A DNA stretch of 64,000 nt from an uncultured Gemmatimonadales bacterium (GTDB lineage: Bacteria; Gemmatimonadota; Gemmatimonadetes; Gemmatimonadales; GWC2-71-9): NCBI GenBank assembly GCA_963825055.1, contig CAWGSK010000015.1:32001-96000 (forward strand), in the 5' to 3' direction. This document shows positions 40,168 to 50,092 of this stretch, piece after piece. The position numbers and the translations under genes were made by a program. The notes under the pieces were generated by a model, which was not told the DNA's origin, ran no database searches, and worked only from the letters and a program-made list of their open reading frames with translations. Position 1 is the stretch's first letter, and the number at the start of each line of letters is the position of its first letter.

Positions 40168-43100
40168 CCTGGTGCGCCGGGTCCCTCGTCTCCGCGGTGG
40201 TCACCCGCCGGATGTAGCCATGGCGGCTGGGGATGAACCCCGATTCCCGGAGCAGGGGGGCGAGCGGGGATTCGTCCACGGGCACCCCGTCCACGCTGGC
40301 GATGAGTACGGGGCGGCGCGACGTGGCGATCCGCACCAGGGCGTCCACCAGTGCGGGCAGGATATCCTGCCCTTCCCGGGGGAACGCGATGAGGTTGCGG
40401 CCGGAACGGCTGAGCCAGCCGAGTAGTCGCCCTTCCTGGACGATCACCCGGGCGCCGCCGGCCCGCTGGGGCCGGGCGGGGAGGTCGTCCCGCTCCGGCC
40501 AGCGCAGCGACGCCCCCCAGGGGTTCGCGGGGTCGGTGGCGGCCAGGACGATGGCCTGGGCAGGGGCTTCTGACTCGCGCTCGCGCAGGCGGTCCAGCGC
40601 CCCCGGTGCCGCGAACTGGGCGGCGCCCTGCCCGGCCACGAAGTAGCCCCGCCGGATCTTCCCGGATTCCTCCATCGCCTTGAAAACGGGATAGAGGCCG
40701 CTGAATCCGCCGGCGATCCCTTCGGCGCCGACCATCTCGCGGGTGACCACTCCATAGCGCTCCAGCAGCTGGGCCGCGATGGCGGCCTGCCGCGCAGTGG
40801 GAGTGTGATGCTGATGCCCCCGGGCAAAGAGGGACCAGCGTCCTTCCGAGCCTGCGAGGATACCGGAACGGCGGGATCGGAAGGCCCGCCGACCCCGCTC
40901 CCTCCGCGCCGCGGCCCGTCCGCGTCGTTGCCGCCGCAACGCCCGCACCGGCGCCAGGGTGTCGTTGGTTGCGTGGCCGGACCAGACCAGCTGCCAGAGC
41001 GCGTCGAGCGCGTCGTTCCGGAATCCGCCGACCGCGCCGGCGATTTCGTCGAAGAAGAGCGCGCCGCGCTCCTGGAGGAGGTCCCGGACGCGCGCGGCCA
41101 GTTCCTCCTCGACCGGCGCCGGCACCGGCGCCAGCCGGGCCGCATGGTCGGTGAGGTACAGCGCAATCCGTCCATCGAAACTGCCCAGGCTTTCGATGCC
41201 CTGCCAGACGATCTCGCCCGCAGCGCACAGCTCGTCGAGGTCGTTGGGCTGGTACTGCTCGAGCCGTGCGGGAAGGATGGAGCGCTCGAGGTCGGCGGCG
41301 GGCAGCGGGGTGCCCTGGATCTGCTCCACCACGTCGAGCAGCCCGTCGAGGCCACGGCGCGGCCGGTCCACACCCTGCCACTGCACCAGGAACCGTCCCA
41401 GCCTCTCGGGGTCTACGGGCTCGACTTCCCGCCGGAGCCGGGCCAGGGACCGGCGCTTGAGCTGCCGCAGGACGTCCGCGTCCACCCACTCCCGTCCCCG
41501 CCCGCCCGGCAGGAACTCTCCCTCCAGCACGCGATCCCTGGCGGCGAGACGGTGGAGCGCTGCCTGCACTGGTGCCGGGCCCAGCCCGAACCGTGTGGCA
41601 GCGTCGGTGACATGGAACGGGACGTGGGTGCGCGCATAGCGGCTGACGACATCGGCCAGGGCGTCCGCCACCGGCTCCAGAAACGCATCAGGAAGTCCAT
41701 GCGGGATGACCACGCCCAGCGCGTCCCGGTAGCGCGCGGCCTCCTCGGCGGCGATGTAGCGGGTCTCGCCCGCAATCCCGACCGGCACGATCCGGCGCCG
41801 GGCCGTGAGTTCCCGCAGCCAGTCGTCCAGGTGGGGCAGGCGTTCCCCGGCGTCCGGTCCCAGCCGGGCGGCGATCTCGTCGCGGGTGAGGTCGCCCAGC
41901 TGGAGCAGGAGGTCGTGCACGCCGTCCGGGTCACGCACGGGCCAGTCACCGGCGAGGCGCTGAAGGTCCAGGGCCAGCTGGTCCACCACGTCGGCGTCGA
42001 GCAGGTCGCGGAGCTCGGCGTCTCCGAGCAGTTCGCGCAGCTGGGCGTGGTCCAGCGCGAGCGTAGCGGCGCGGCGCTCGGCGAGGGGAGCATCGCCCTC
42101 GTAGAGGAAATTCGCCGTGTAGTTGAAGAGCAGCGAGGCCGCAAACGGCGACGGTGCCGGCGTCTGCGCCACGCGTATCCGGATCGCGCGGCGCTCGACA
42201 TCCGCGAGGATCTTCTTCAGGCCCGTGATGTCGAAGACATCGCGCAGGCATTCGCGGTAGGTCTCGAGCAGGATCGGGAACCGTTCATACTGCGCGGCCA
42301 CCGACAGCAGGTCCGCCGAGCGGCGTCGCTGGATCCAGAGCGGCGTACGCCTCCCAGGCTGGCGCCTCGGCAGGAGCAGGGCGCGGGCCGCGTTCTCCCG
42401 GAAGTGTGCGGCGAAGAGGGCGGTTGAACCCAGCTCGCGCACCACGATGTCTTCCACCTCGTCCGACCGGGGCAGGAACGCCTCGGCCGGCGGTGGCGCG
42501 TCCGACTCGGGCAGTCGGAAGACCATGCCGTCGTCGGTGTACATCATGTCCACTTCGCCTGCAGCCTCGTTCCGGAGGCGGGCGGTCACGGCCGTGGCCC
42601 AGGGGGCGTGCACCCGCGCGCCGAACGGGGTCATTACGGTCACGCGCCAGTCGCCTACTTCGTCCAGGAACGACTCGATCACGATGGTCCGGTCGCTGGG
42701 GGCTTCCTCCGTCGCCTCGACCTGCTCGCGCAGATACTGGAGGAGCAGGTCGGCCGCGCGTCCGTCGAGAGCGTGGCGTCCCGTGAGCCGTTCGCGTGCC
42801 TCAACCGGATCCATCCGGGTCAGTTCCCGCGTGAGCTGGCCGATGGCGCGGCCGAACTCGAGTGGGCGTCCCGGCCCGTCGCCCTTCCAGAATGGCATTC
42901 GCGCCGGCTCGCCGGGCGCGGGGGCCACCATGACGCGGTCGTGGGTGATGTCCAGCACCCGCCACGAGGACGCGCCGAGGCGGAAGACATCCCCCACGTG
43001 GGTCTCGAAGACCATCTCCTCGTCCAGCTCGCCCACCCGGCTCCCCCCGCCGCTCCCGTCGGCGAGGAACACGCCGTAGAGCCCGCGGTCTGGAATGGTG

Positions 43101-44680
43101 CCGCCATTCGCGATCGCCACCCGCTGGGTTCCGCTCCTGGGGGAGATGGTACCGTCGAGGCGATCCCAGGTGAGGCGCGGGCGGAGCCCGGCGAATTCGT
43201 CCGAGGGATAGCGGCCCGAGAGCAGGTCCAGCACTCCCTCGAACGCCGACCGGGGCAGGTCGAAGAACGGTGCGGCACTCCTGGCCAGCGCGTACGCGTC
43301 GTCCACCTTCATCCCTTCGAGCGCCACCATCGCGACCAGCTGCTGGGCCAGCACGTCGAGCGGATTGCGGGGATAGAACGTCTCCTCTACCTCGCCCTGG
43401 AGCATCCGCTCGATCACGGCGCTGCAGGCCAGCAGGTCGCCGCGGTACTTGGGGATGATCACGCCGCGGGAGGGCACGCCCACCTGGTGCCCGGCGCGCC
43501 CGATCCGCTGGATGCCGCTGGCGATGGACGGCGGAGCCGCCACCTGGATGACGAGATCCACCGCGCCCATGTCGATCCCGAGTTCCATGGACGACGTGGC
43601 GACGATGGCCGGGAGCTGCCCCCGCTTCAACCGGTCCTCGATCAGGAGCCGCGTGTCCTTCGCGATGGACCCGTGGTGCGCGGCGGCCAGTTCCTCCCCG
43701 GCGAGCTCATTGATGGCCGACGCCAGCCGCTCGGCGAGGCGGCGGCTGTTCACGAAGATCATGGTGGACGTGTGGGCGCGGACCAGTTCGACCAGCCGCG
43801 GATGAATGGACGGCCAGATGGACGGTGCCTTCTGCGGTCCCGCCGCCGGGCCACTGGTGAATTCCGGGTCGGTGTCGGGCTCCTCCGGCATTTCAACGGT
43901 GAGTTCGAGGGTCTTCCGCCGGCCGGCTTCGATGATCTCGACCGGGCGCGGGCGGACAGGGGCCTCGGCGTCGGCGGTCGCCTCCCCTCCCCCCAGGAGG
44001 CGGGCAACCTCCTCCAGCGGACGCTGCGTCGCGGAGAGCCCGATGCGCTGCATGGGCGCCGCCTCAGGGTCGGCCTGCCGGCGCAGCCATTCCAGGCGCT
44101 CCAGCGAGAGGAACAGGTGTGACCCCCGCTTGGTCCCCACCATCGAATGGATCTCGTCCACGATCACCGTGTTCACCGTGCGCAGCGTATCCCGCGCGCG
44201 GGAGGTGAGCATGAGGTAGAGCGATTCGGGTGTGGTGATCAGGATGTCGGGCGGCTCGCGGACCATCCGTTGCCGGTCGGCGGACGGCGTATCGCCGGAG
44301 CGGATCCCGACCGTGGGTTCGTGATGGGGCACGCCCTCGCGGTTCGCGACCGCGCGCACCCCCGCGATCGGTGAGCGCAGGTTCCGCTGGACGTCCACGC
44401 CCAGTGCCTTCAGGGGGGAGATGTAGAGAATCCGGACGCCGGGCCGCAGGTCCGTGCGAGGTTGGCGGGGGAACATGATCCGGTCGATCGCGATCAGGAA
44501 CGCCGCCAGGGTCTTACCCGAGCCGGTGGGGGCGAGGAGCAGGGTATTCCGCCCCTCGGCGATGGCCGGCCAGGCCCCCGTCTGCGCGTCCGTGGGTGCG
44601 GGGAATGCCTCGGCGAACCAGCGGGCGACGACGGGGTGGAGATGGTCCAGGCCTGCGGGGGCCGTACGGGGGGTGGCCAT
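40160..44680 (-). CDS. lhr: Large helicase-related protein (full-length Lhr)
   Basis: APTGSGKT, DEIH, SAT, QRIGRAGH, GGTIPDRG; long C-terminal extension with RGYFV..G..QFA and ATDPANPWG. Confidence 0.95.
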   Translation of the reverse strand: MATPRTAPAGLDHLHPVVARWFAEAFPAPTDAQTGAWPAIAEGRNTLLLAPTGSGKTLAAFLIAIDRIMFPRQPRTDLRPGVRILYISPLKALGVDVQRNLRSPIAGVRAVANREGVPHHEPTVGIRSGDTPSADRQRMVREPPDILITTPESLYLMLTSRARDTLRTVNTVIVDEIHSMVGTKRGSHLFLSLERLEWLRRQADPEAAPMQRIGLSATQRPLEEVARLLGGGEATADAEAPVRPRPVEIIEAGRRKTLELTVEMPEEPDTDPEFTSGPAAGPQKAPSIWPSIHPRLVELVRAHTSTMIFVNSRRLAERLASAINELAGEELAAAHHGSIAKDTRLLIEDRLKRGQLPAIVATSSMELGIDMGAVDLVIQVAAPPSIASGIQRIGRAGHQVGVPSRGVIIPKYRGDLLACSAVIERMLQGEVEETFYPRNPLDVLAQQLVAMVALEGMKVDDAYALARSAAPFFDLPRSAFEGVLDLLSGRYPSDEFAGLRPRLTWDRLDGTISPRSGTQRVAIANGGTIPDRGLYGVFLADGSGGGSRVGELDEEMVFETHVGDVFRLGASSWRVLDITHDRVMVAPAPGEPARMPFWKGDGPGRPLEFGRAIGQLTRELTRMDPVEARERLTGRHALDGRAADLLLQYLREQVEATEEAPSDRTIVIESFLDEVGDWRVTVMTPFGARVHAPWATAVTARLRNEAAGEVDMMYTDDGMVFRLPESDAPPPAEAFLPRSDEVEDIVVRELGSTALFAAHFRENAARALLLPRRQPGRRTPLWIQRRRSADLLSVAAQYERFPILLETYRECLRDVFDITGLKKILADVERRAIRIRVAQTPAPSPFAASLLFNYTANFLYEGDAPLAERRAATLALDHAQLRELLGDAELRDLLDADVVDQLALDLQRLAGDWPVRDPDGVHDLLLQLGDLTRDEIAARLGPDAGERLPHLDDWLRELTARRRIVPVGIAGETRYIAAEEAARYRDALGVVIPHGLPDAFLEPVADALADVVSRYARTHVPFHVTDAATRFGLGPAPVQAALHRLAARDRVLEGEFLPGGRGREWVDADVLRQLKRRSLARLRREVEPVDPERLGRFLVQWQGVDRPRRGLDGLLDVVEQIQGTPLPAADLERSILPARLEQYQPNDLDELCAAGEIVWQGIESLGSFDGRIALYLTDHAARLAPVPAPVEEELAARVRDLLQERGALFFDEIAGAVGGFRNDALDALWQLVWSGHATNDTLAPVRALRRQRRGRAAARRERGRRAFRSRRSGILAGSEGRWSLFARGHQHHTPTARQAAIAAQLLERYGVVTREMVGAEGIAGGFSGLYPVFKAMEESGKIRRGYFVAGQGAAQFAAPGALDRLRERESEAPAQAIVLAATDPANPWGASLRWPERDDLPARPQRAGGARVIVQEGRLLGWLSRSGRNLIAFPREGQDILPALVDALVRIATSRRPVLIASVDGVPVDESPLAPLLRESGFIPSRHGYIRRVTTAETRDPAHQDA

Positions 44681-44728
44681 GCGGGAATATAGGAGGTGAC
44701 CGCGTGGATCCGGGTGATGCCGATATCG

Positions 44729-44818
44729 GTTGAGTGGTTGAGTCGTTAAGTCGTGCAGCAGCTGGCGAAGGACTGAATCACTCAACCAGCCTGCGATTCA
44801 ACGACTCAACGACTCAAC
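44729..44818. repeat. Inverted 8-mer arrays (GTTGAGTS x3 / GACTCAAC-like x5-6)
   Basis: gttgagtg gttgagtc gttaagtc ... cactcaac cagcctgc gattcaac gactcaac gactcaac; 10 nt after the DUF4397 stop. Confidence 0.9.
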
Positions 44819-44827
44819 TGCTGTTCC

Positions 44828-45532
44828 TCACTCCTTCACAATCGACATCCCCAGAATGCCCGTGCTGTCGGGCGGCGGCCCGTTGATGAGCATGATGTCG
44901 TACACGTCACCGGCGCTGAGCGTGAGGGTGCCACTGTTAAGCAGCACCGTCTTGGTACCGCGGGTGGTGAATCGCACCTGCCACTGGCCAGGGTCCCGCT
45001 CGATGTAGCCGGGGAACACTTCGCTCAGGCCGACGCCGAAATCGAACGGCGTGATGACCGGCGATTCCAGGCTCAGGTCGGCATTGACCGCCGTCAGGTA
45101 GGGATCGACGTCAGGGCCCGCGGGAGCCGTGTGCACCAGCCGGAATTTCACCTTCCCGGCAGCGGGGATGCGCCCGGTGTCCGAGGCGAGCCACAACCCG
45201 GGCGAGGCGATACCGCCGACGTACAGCGTGTAGTCCTGGTCCGCATGGAGATTGAAACTGGTGCTGGCAAGCGCGGTCGAGGAGCCCGCCGCGGCCACGG
45301 CGATCGTCTGCTGCCCCGCCGGCACATCGATGTAGGTGGACGCGACGGTGTTCGAGACGTTGCTGATCACGGCCTGGTTGTCGATCCTGAGATCCATGGC
45401 CGGCGTGGTCGGGGAGCCGTTCACCAGCCGGAGCCGCGCGGTGCCGGTCGGGGTGGTGCCACCGGAATCGCCGCCGCAGGCGGCCACGAGGGCGCCGAAT
45501 GCCAGGGCGGCCATCAAGCTGCCGAACCTCAT
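44828..45532 (-). CDS. DUF4397 domain lipoprotein
   Basis: VAAC lipobox; RLVNGSP..P..D and FRLVH.AP..P.VD.Y repeats. Confidence 0.82.
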   Translation of the reverse strand: MRFGSLMAALAFGALVAACGGDSGGTTPTGTARLRLVNGSPTTPAMDLRIDNQAVISNVSNTVASTYIDVPAGQQTIAVAAAGSSTALASTSFNLHADQDYTLYVGGIASPGLWLASDTGRIPAAGKVKFRLVHTAPAGPDVDPYLTAVNADLSLESPVITPFDFGVGLSEVFPGYIERDPGQWQVRFTTRGTKTVLLNSGTLTLSAGDVYDIMLINGPPPDSTGILGMSIVKE

Positions 45533-45616
45533 ATTTCCTCCGCTACTGCAGTTGGGGGATGAATCCTGCCACCGGAATGACCCCAGGAAACCGCCGGGGC
45601 GTCACTCCGCAGCCAG

Positions 45617-46555
45617 TCAGTTACCACGACGGAAGCCGGATATCCAGGTTTCCGCGCGGGGCATCGGCGGGGTGGGGACGCCCCGCGTGTGGGCCCAGCG
45701 GAGGAGCCACGAGGTTCCGTTCGTGCCGACATACCCTTCAGGTGACGCATAAGCCGGGTCCTGCAACACGGTCGCGAGCGGGACGAAGCGGTACCCCCGG
45801 CCCTCCAGGCGGTCGAGGATGCGGTGGAAATGGTCCCGGTTGAGCGGGCTGACATGCACCAGCAGCACCTGAGCCACCGGACGACGGAAGAGATCGTCCG
45901 CCACCTGCTCGAAGTACCCGAAGGTGCTGTCCATGTACTCGACATACCCGTCGGCGACCCGTGCCATGCCGGCCGCGTCGTCGTGGTCGAATGCGCGCGA
46001 GTAGGCCGCTGCATAGACCCATTCGTCATTGTCGAACGTGACCGGGGCGTTCCGCCAGCCGCGCCGGTCCAGCCCCGCCTGGACGGCCTGTTTCTTCTCC
46101 GGGGTGTTCCCCAGATGCAGGAAGGGGTACCGGAACCAGACCAGGCTGTCTCCCCGGGCCCGGAGGAACCGCGTGAGGGGCACTGCGCCCCGGTCGGCAT
46201 CGGCGAGCCATGAGGTGGCGTCATGACCGTTCAGGTCGAAGTGGGACCAGGTGTGGTTGCCAATCTCCATGCCCGCGTCCGCCCAGACCCGCAGCACGGT
46301 GTCGAGTTGCGTCCTCATCGACGGGCCACAGGCGTTGCCGGCAGTTACGAGGGCGGTCGCGGGAATGTGCCGTGAAACGAGCATGCGCACGAGGTCGCGA
46401 TTCAGTCCAGCGACGTCCACTGAGCCATCGCAGCGGACGGTGCCACCCTGGCGGGGCACGTCATCGAAGGTGATGGCCACCAGGCGCGCCGGGGAGTGGG
46501 TCGGGAGCAGGAGGCTGAGCAGGAACAGCAGGGGCAGGGCGAAGGTCGCCATCAT
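45617..46555 (-). CDS. Polysaccharide deacetylase (CE4)
   Basis: AITFDD, GNHTWSH, FRYPFL. Confidence 0.9.
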   Translation of the reverse strand: MMATFALPLLFLLSLLLPTHSPARLVAITFDDVPRQGGTVRCDGSVDVAGLNRDLVRMLVSRHIPATALVTAGNACGPSMRTQLDTVLRVWADAGMEIGNHTWSHFDLNGHDATSWLADADRGAVPLTRFLRARGDSLVWFRYPFLHLGNTPEKKQAVQAGLDRRGWRNAPVTFDNDEWVYAAAYSRAFDHDDAAGMARVADGYVEYMDSTFGYFEQVADDLFRRPVAQVLLVHVSPLNRDHFHRILDRLEGRGYRFVPLATVLQDPAYASPEGYVGTNGTSWLLRWAHTRGVPTPPMPRAETWISGFRRGN

Positions 46556-48198
46556 CCCGTCACCGGCTGGGCGGGCAGGTGCGCTTCCACCATCCGTGCG
46601 TAGCGGGCCGCGGCGCCGAGCGTCGTGCGGTCTCCCCACCCGAACTCATCCCGCATGAGCCCGGCGACCGCCGCGGCGCATTGCACTCCGTGGTCCGGGG
46701 TCTCATAGTAGAGATGCAGCCGGCGCATGAGCACGTCCTCGACGGTGCAGGCCAGCTCGCGGCGGGTTACGTGTACGACCTCGGCCGCGATGGCCGGGTG
46801 GTCGGGGTGGATCGGCTCCATCATGGCCCGATCGTCGCGACAGAGCTTGAAGATGGCGGCTGCCTCGGTGCCGAACAGCTCGACGATGTGCGCCACGGTC
46901 CGGTCCGGGAGCCCCATGGACTGTCCGATCTCGTGCAGCGGGGCGAAGTCGTGGGCTTCCCCGCCGGGAAGCGGCTCCTCGTCGGTGCGCGCCCGCACGG
47001 TGATGGTTCGGCCGAAGTCCTTGCGGAGCTCCTCGACGACCGCGTCCACCAGTTCCGCGGCCATCGAGCGGTAGGTCGTCAGCTTGCCGCCGGCGACCGT
47101 CCACATGCCCGCGGGACCCTGCTCGATGCGATGCTCTCGTGACACGGCGCTCGCGTCGCGTGCCTTCTCGTCGATCAGCAGGGGTCGCAGGCCGGCCCAG
47201 GTCGCCAGCACGTCCACCTCGGTCAGGCGGGCGTTGGGGAAGTACGCATTCGCCGAGCGGAGCAGATAGACGACGTCCTCGGCGGTGGCGCGCACATCTT
47301 CGGGCGAGACTGCGGTGTCGGTATCGGTCGTGCCAATGATGGTGAGTTCGCCCCAGGGCAGGATGAACATCACCCGGTTGTCTATCGGGCTGGTGATGGT
47401 GAGGGCTCCGTGGTTGCCGACCCGGGAGCGGGGCACGACCACATGGGCGCCCTTCGTCGGGCGGAGGATCGGTGGCGCATGGGGGTATTCCATCCGCCGG
47501 ATTGCGTCCGTCCAGGGGCCGGTGGCATTGACCACCGTGGTGGCCTGGATCAGGCCGCGGGCGCCCGTCAGGCGATCCCGGACCCGGGCGCCCCGGGCCC
47601 GGTTGTCCACCAGTTCCAGCCGTTCCACCCGCATGTAGCTGCTGACCAGGGCGCCGTGCAGTATGGCCGAGCGGGCGGTGGCCAGCGTGAGTCGGGCGTC
47701 ATCGCACTGCGCGTCGTAGTAGATTGCTCCGCCCACGAGGTCCTTGTCCCGGAGCAGGGGCTCACGTTCCAGCATCCCGCGCTTGCCGATGGTGCGGTGT
47801 CGCTTCACATTCCGGAACAGTGCCAGTATGTCGTAGAGCCAGAGTCCGGCGGCCAGCTTCCAGAGCGGCACGGTTGCCTGCCGGTAGACCGGAAACGCGA
47901 ACGGCGCCGGCCGGACGAGGTGTGGGGCGAGGCCGATCAGGGTCCGCCGCTCCCGGCTGGCCTCGAAGACCAGCCGGAGGTTGCCCTGTTCGAGGTAGCG
48001 CAGGCCGCCGTGGATGAGCCGGCTGGAGCGGCTGCTGGTGCCCCACGCGAGGTCGTGCTGTTCCACCAGGACAGTCCGGAGGCCCCGCATGGCGGCGTCC
48101 CGGGCAATCCCGGCGCCCGTGATGCCGCCGCCGATGACGAGCACATCGGCGGGTTCCGCGGTAACTTCTTCCAGTGACGCCCGACGGGAGGTCAGCAT
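46552..48198 (-). CDS. glpD: FAD-dependent glycerol-3-phosphate dehydrogenase/oxidase
   Basis: VIGGGITGAG, GTSSRSSRLIHGGLRYLE, NATGPW, GTTDT, GLRPL, GGKLTTYR. Confidence 0.93.
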   Translation of the reverse strand: MLTSRRASLEEVTAEPADVLVIGGGITGAGIARDAAMRGLRTVLVEQHDLAWGTSSRSSRLIHGGLRYLEQGNLRLVFEASRERRTLIGLAPHLVRPAPFAFPVYRQATVPLWKLAAGLWLYDILALFRNVKRHRTIGKRGMLEREPLLRDKDLVGGAIYYDAQCDDARLTLATARSAILHGALVSSYMRVERLELVDNRARGARVRDRLTGARGLIQATTVVNATGPWTDAIRRMEYPHAPPILRPTKGAHVVVPRSRVGNHGALTITSPIDNRVMFILPWGELTIIGTTDTDTAVSPEDVRATAEDVVYLLRSANAYFPNARLTEVDVLATWAGLRPLLIDEKARDASAVSREHRIEQGPAGMWTVAGGKLTTYRSMAAELVDAVVEELRKDFGRTITVRARTDEEPLPGGEAHDFAPLHEIGQSMGLPDRTVAHIVELFGTEAAAIFKLCRDDRAMMEPIHPDHPAIAAEVVHVTRRELACTVEDVLMRRLHLYYETPDHGVQCAAAVAGLMRDEFGWGDRTTLGAAARYARMVEAHLPAQPVTG

Positions 48199-48200
48199 CC

Positions 48201-48749
48201 GTGTCCCCAGGATCCAAGGGTCAGCTTCCAAATCCCAGCACGTGGTTCCGGTGGCACGAGGATCTCATCGGCCGCGGGTCACGCGTGCTCGATCTGGCCT
48301 GCGGTGACGGCCGGCATGCCATCGCCGCGGCCCAGCTGGGTGCGGAGGTTGTGGCGATCGACAATGATCCCGCGCAGCTCGAGATCGGCCGGGAAGCGGC
48401 GCAGGAGGCGCACGTCACGGTCGAGTGGCGCGAGGCCGACCTGGAGAAAACGTGGCCCGAACTGGGCGTTTTTGATGCGGTCCTGGCCTTTCATTACCTT
48501 GACCGGGCCCGCATGCCGCAGTTCATCGAGCGTGTGGCTCCGGGTGGTGTGCTCATGATGGAAACCTTCCTGGTGGCCCAGCGGGAGCTGGGCTGGGGGC
48601 CCCAGCGCGAGGAGCACCTGCTTCAGCCGGGGGAACTCAAGACCCTGGTGGCGCCACTGGAGCCGGTGCACGGACGGGAAGTCTTCGAGCCCGTGGACGC
48701 CGAACGGTGGCGGGCCGTGAGCGGAATCGTGGCGCAGCGGCGTTCCTGA
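48201..48749 (+). CDS. Class I SAM methyltransferase (TehB-like)
   Basis: VLDLACGDGRHA, FHYLDR, PGG....ETF; start uncertain (GTG 48174 or 48201). Confidence 0.8.
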   Translation: MSPGSKGQLPNPSTWFRWHEDLIGRGSRVLDLACGDGRHAIAAAQLGAEVVAIDNDPAQLEIGREAAQEAHVTVEWREADLEKTWPELGVFDAVLAFHYLDRARMPQFIERVAPGGVLMMETFLVAQRELGWGPQREEHLLQPGELKTLVAPLEPVHGREVFEPVDAERWRAVSGIVAQRRS

Positions 48750-48796
48750 GGCCGCCGCCCATTCGCGCGCCCGGCCCGCCCGAAAGAACATAATAC

Positions 48797-50092
48797 ATGA
48801 CCGATACCCATCCGTCCCGCCGGGTCGTCATCGTCGACGGCGTGCGGACGCCCTTCGCCCGGAGCGGCACGGTGTTCCGCGATGTGTCGGCGGTGGACCT
48901 TGCCCGGCATGTTGCACGGGCGTTGCTGGTCCGCACCGGGATCGACGGCGCCGAGATTGATGAAGTCATCTGGGGCCAGGTGATTCCCTCCGTGCTCACG
49001 CCCAACGTGGCGCGCGAGGTGAGCCTGCTGCCCCAGCTCCCGAAGTCGGTCCCCGCCTACACGCTGAATCGGGCCTGCGCCTCCGGCGCCATGGCCGTCA
49101 GCAACGCATTCGACCAGATCACCCTCGGCTACTCCGACGTTATCCTGGCGGGAGGCGTCGAGTCTCTCTCAGATGTGCCCATCCTGCATTCCCGCCGTTT
49201 CAGCCAGATCCTCGTGGAGGCCAGCAAGGCGAAATCGTTTGGACAGCGGATCGGGGCGTTCGCCAAGCTCCGGCCGCGGGACTTCATCCCGGTGAGCCCC
49301 GCGATCGCGGAGCCCTCCACCGGCGAGTCGATGGGGCAGTCCGCCGAGAAGATGGCCAAGGAGAACGGCATCTCGCGCGAGGCGCAGGACGAGGTGGCGC
49401 TCATGAGCCACCACCGTGCCGCCGCCGGGACCGAAGACGGCCGGCTCACCGCCGAGATCACCCCGTGGTTCGGGGGGAAGGACATGACCGAGGTGATCAC
49501 CTCGGACAACGGCATCCGGCCGGACACTTCCATGGAGAAGCTCGCCAGACTGAAACCCGTGTTCGACCGGCGCTACGGCACGGTGACGGCAGGCAATTCC
49601 TCCCCCCTGACCGACGGGGCGAGCGCGGTGCTGCTGATGGCGGAGGAGAAGGCCCTGGCGCTCGGTTATGCGCCCCTCGCGCGTATCCGCAGCTATGCCA
49701 TCGCCGCGGTGGACCCGGGCTGGCAACTCCTGCAGGGTCCGGTGTTCGCCGTGCCGAAGGCGCTTGACCGCGCCGGGATCACGTGGAGCGACCTCGGCAT
49801 GGTGGAGATCCACGAGGCTTTTGCCGCGCAGGTCCTGAGCAACGTCCAGGCGTGGGCCTCGATGGAATGGGCACGGAAGCTGGGGCGGGACCGGCCGGTC
49901 GGCGAGGTGGACTGGGATCGTACCAACGTGATGGGAGGCTCCATCGCCATCGGGCACCCATTCGGGGCCACCGGTGGCCGTATCATCACGACCCTGGCCA
50001 ATGAAATGCGCCGGCGGGACGTCCAGTTCGGCCTCGTGTCCATCTGCGCCCAGGGCGGAATGGGCTTCGCCATGGTGCTGGAGCGCGTATGA
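48797..50092 (+). CDS. fadI: Acetyl-CoA C-acyltransferase (thiolase), FadI-like
   Basis: NRACASG, GNSSPLTDGA, HEAFAAQVL, GHPFGATG, CAQGG. Confidence 0.88.
   Translation: MTDTHPSRRVVIVDGVRTPFARSGTVFRDVSAVDLARHVARALLVRTGIDGAEIDEVIWGQVIPSVLTPNVAREVSLLPQLPKSVPAYTLNRACASGAMAVSNAFDQITLGYSDVILAGGVESLSDVPILHSRRFSQILVEASKAKSFGQRIGAFAKLRPRDFIPVSPAIAEPSTGESMGQSAEKMAKENGISREAQDEVALMSHHRAAAGTEDGRLTAEITPWFGGKDMTEVITSDNGIRPDTSMEKLARLKPVFDRRYGTVTAGNSSPLTDGASAVLLMAEEKALALGYAPLARIRSYAIAAVDPGWQLLQGPVFAVPKALDRAGITWSDLGMVEIHEAFAAQVLSNVQAWASMEWARKLGRDRPVGEVDWDRTNVMGGSIAIGHPFGATGGRIITTLANEMRRRDVQFGLVSICAQGGMGFAMVLERV

Noticed and set aside
44681..44785. N-terminal extensions in the ORF track for lhr (also gluQ, carH, rho, VOC and the methyltransferase 24400..25491)
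   Set aside because: Extensions run through repeat arrays or neighbouring genes; downstream starts fit the domain boundaries better
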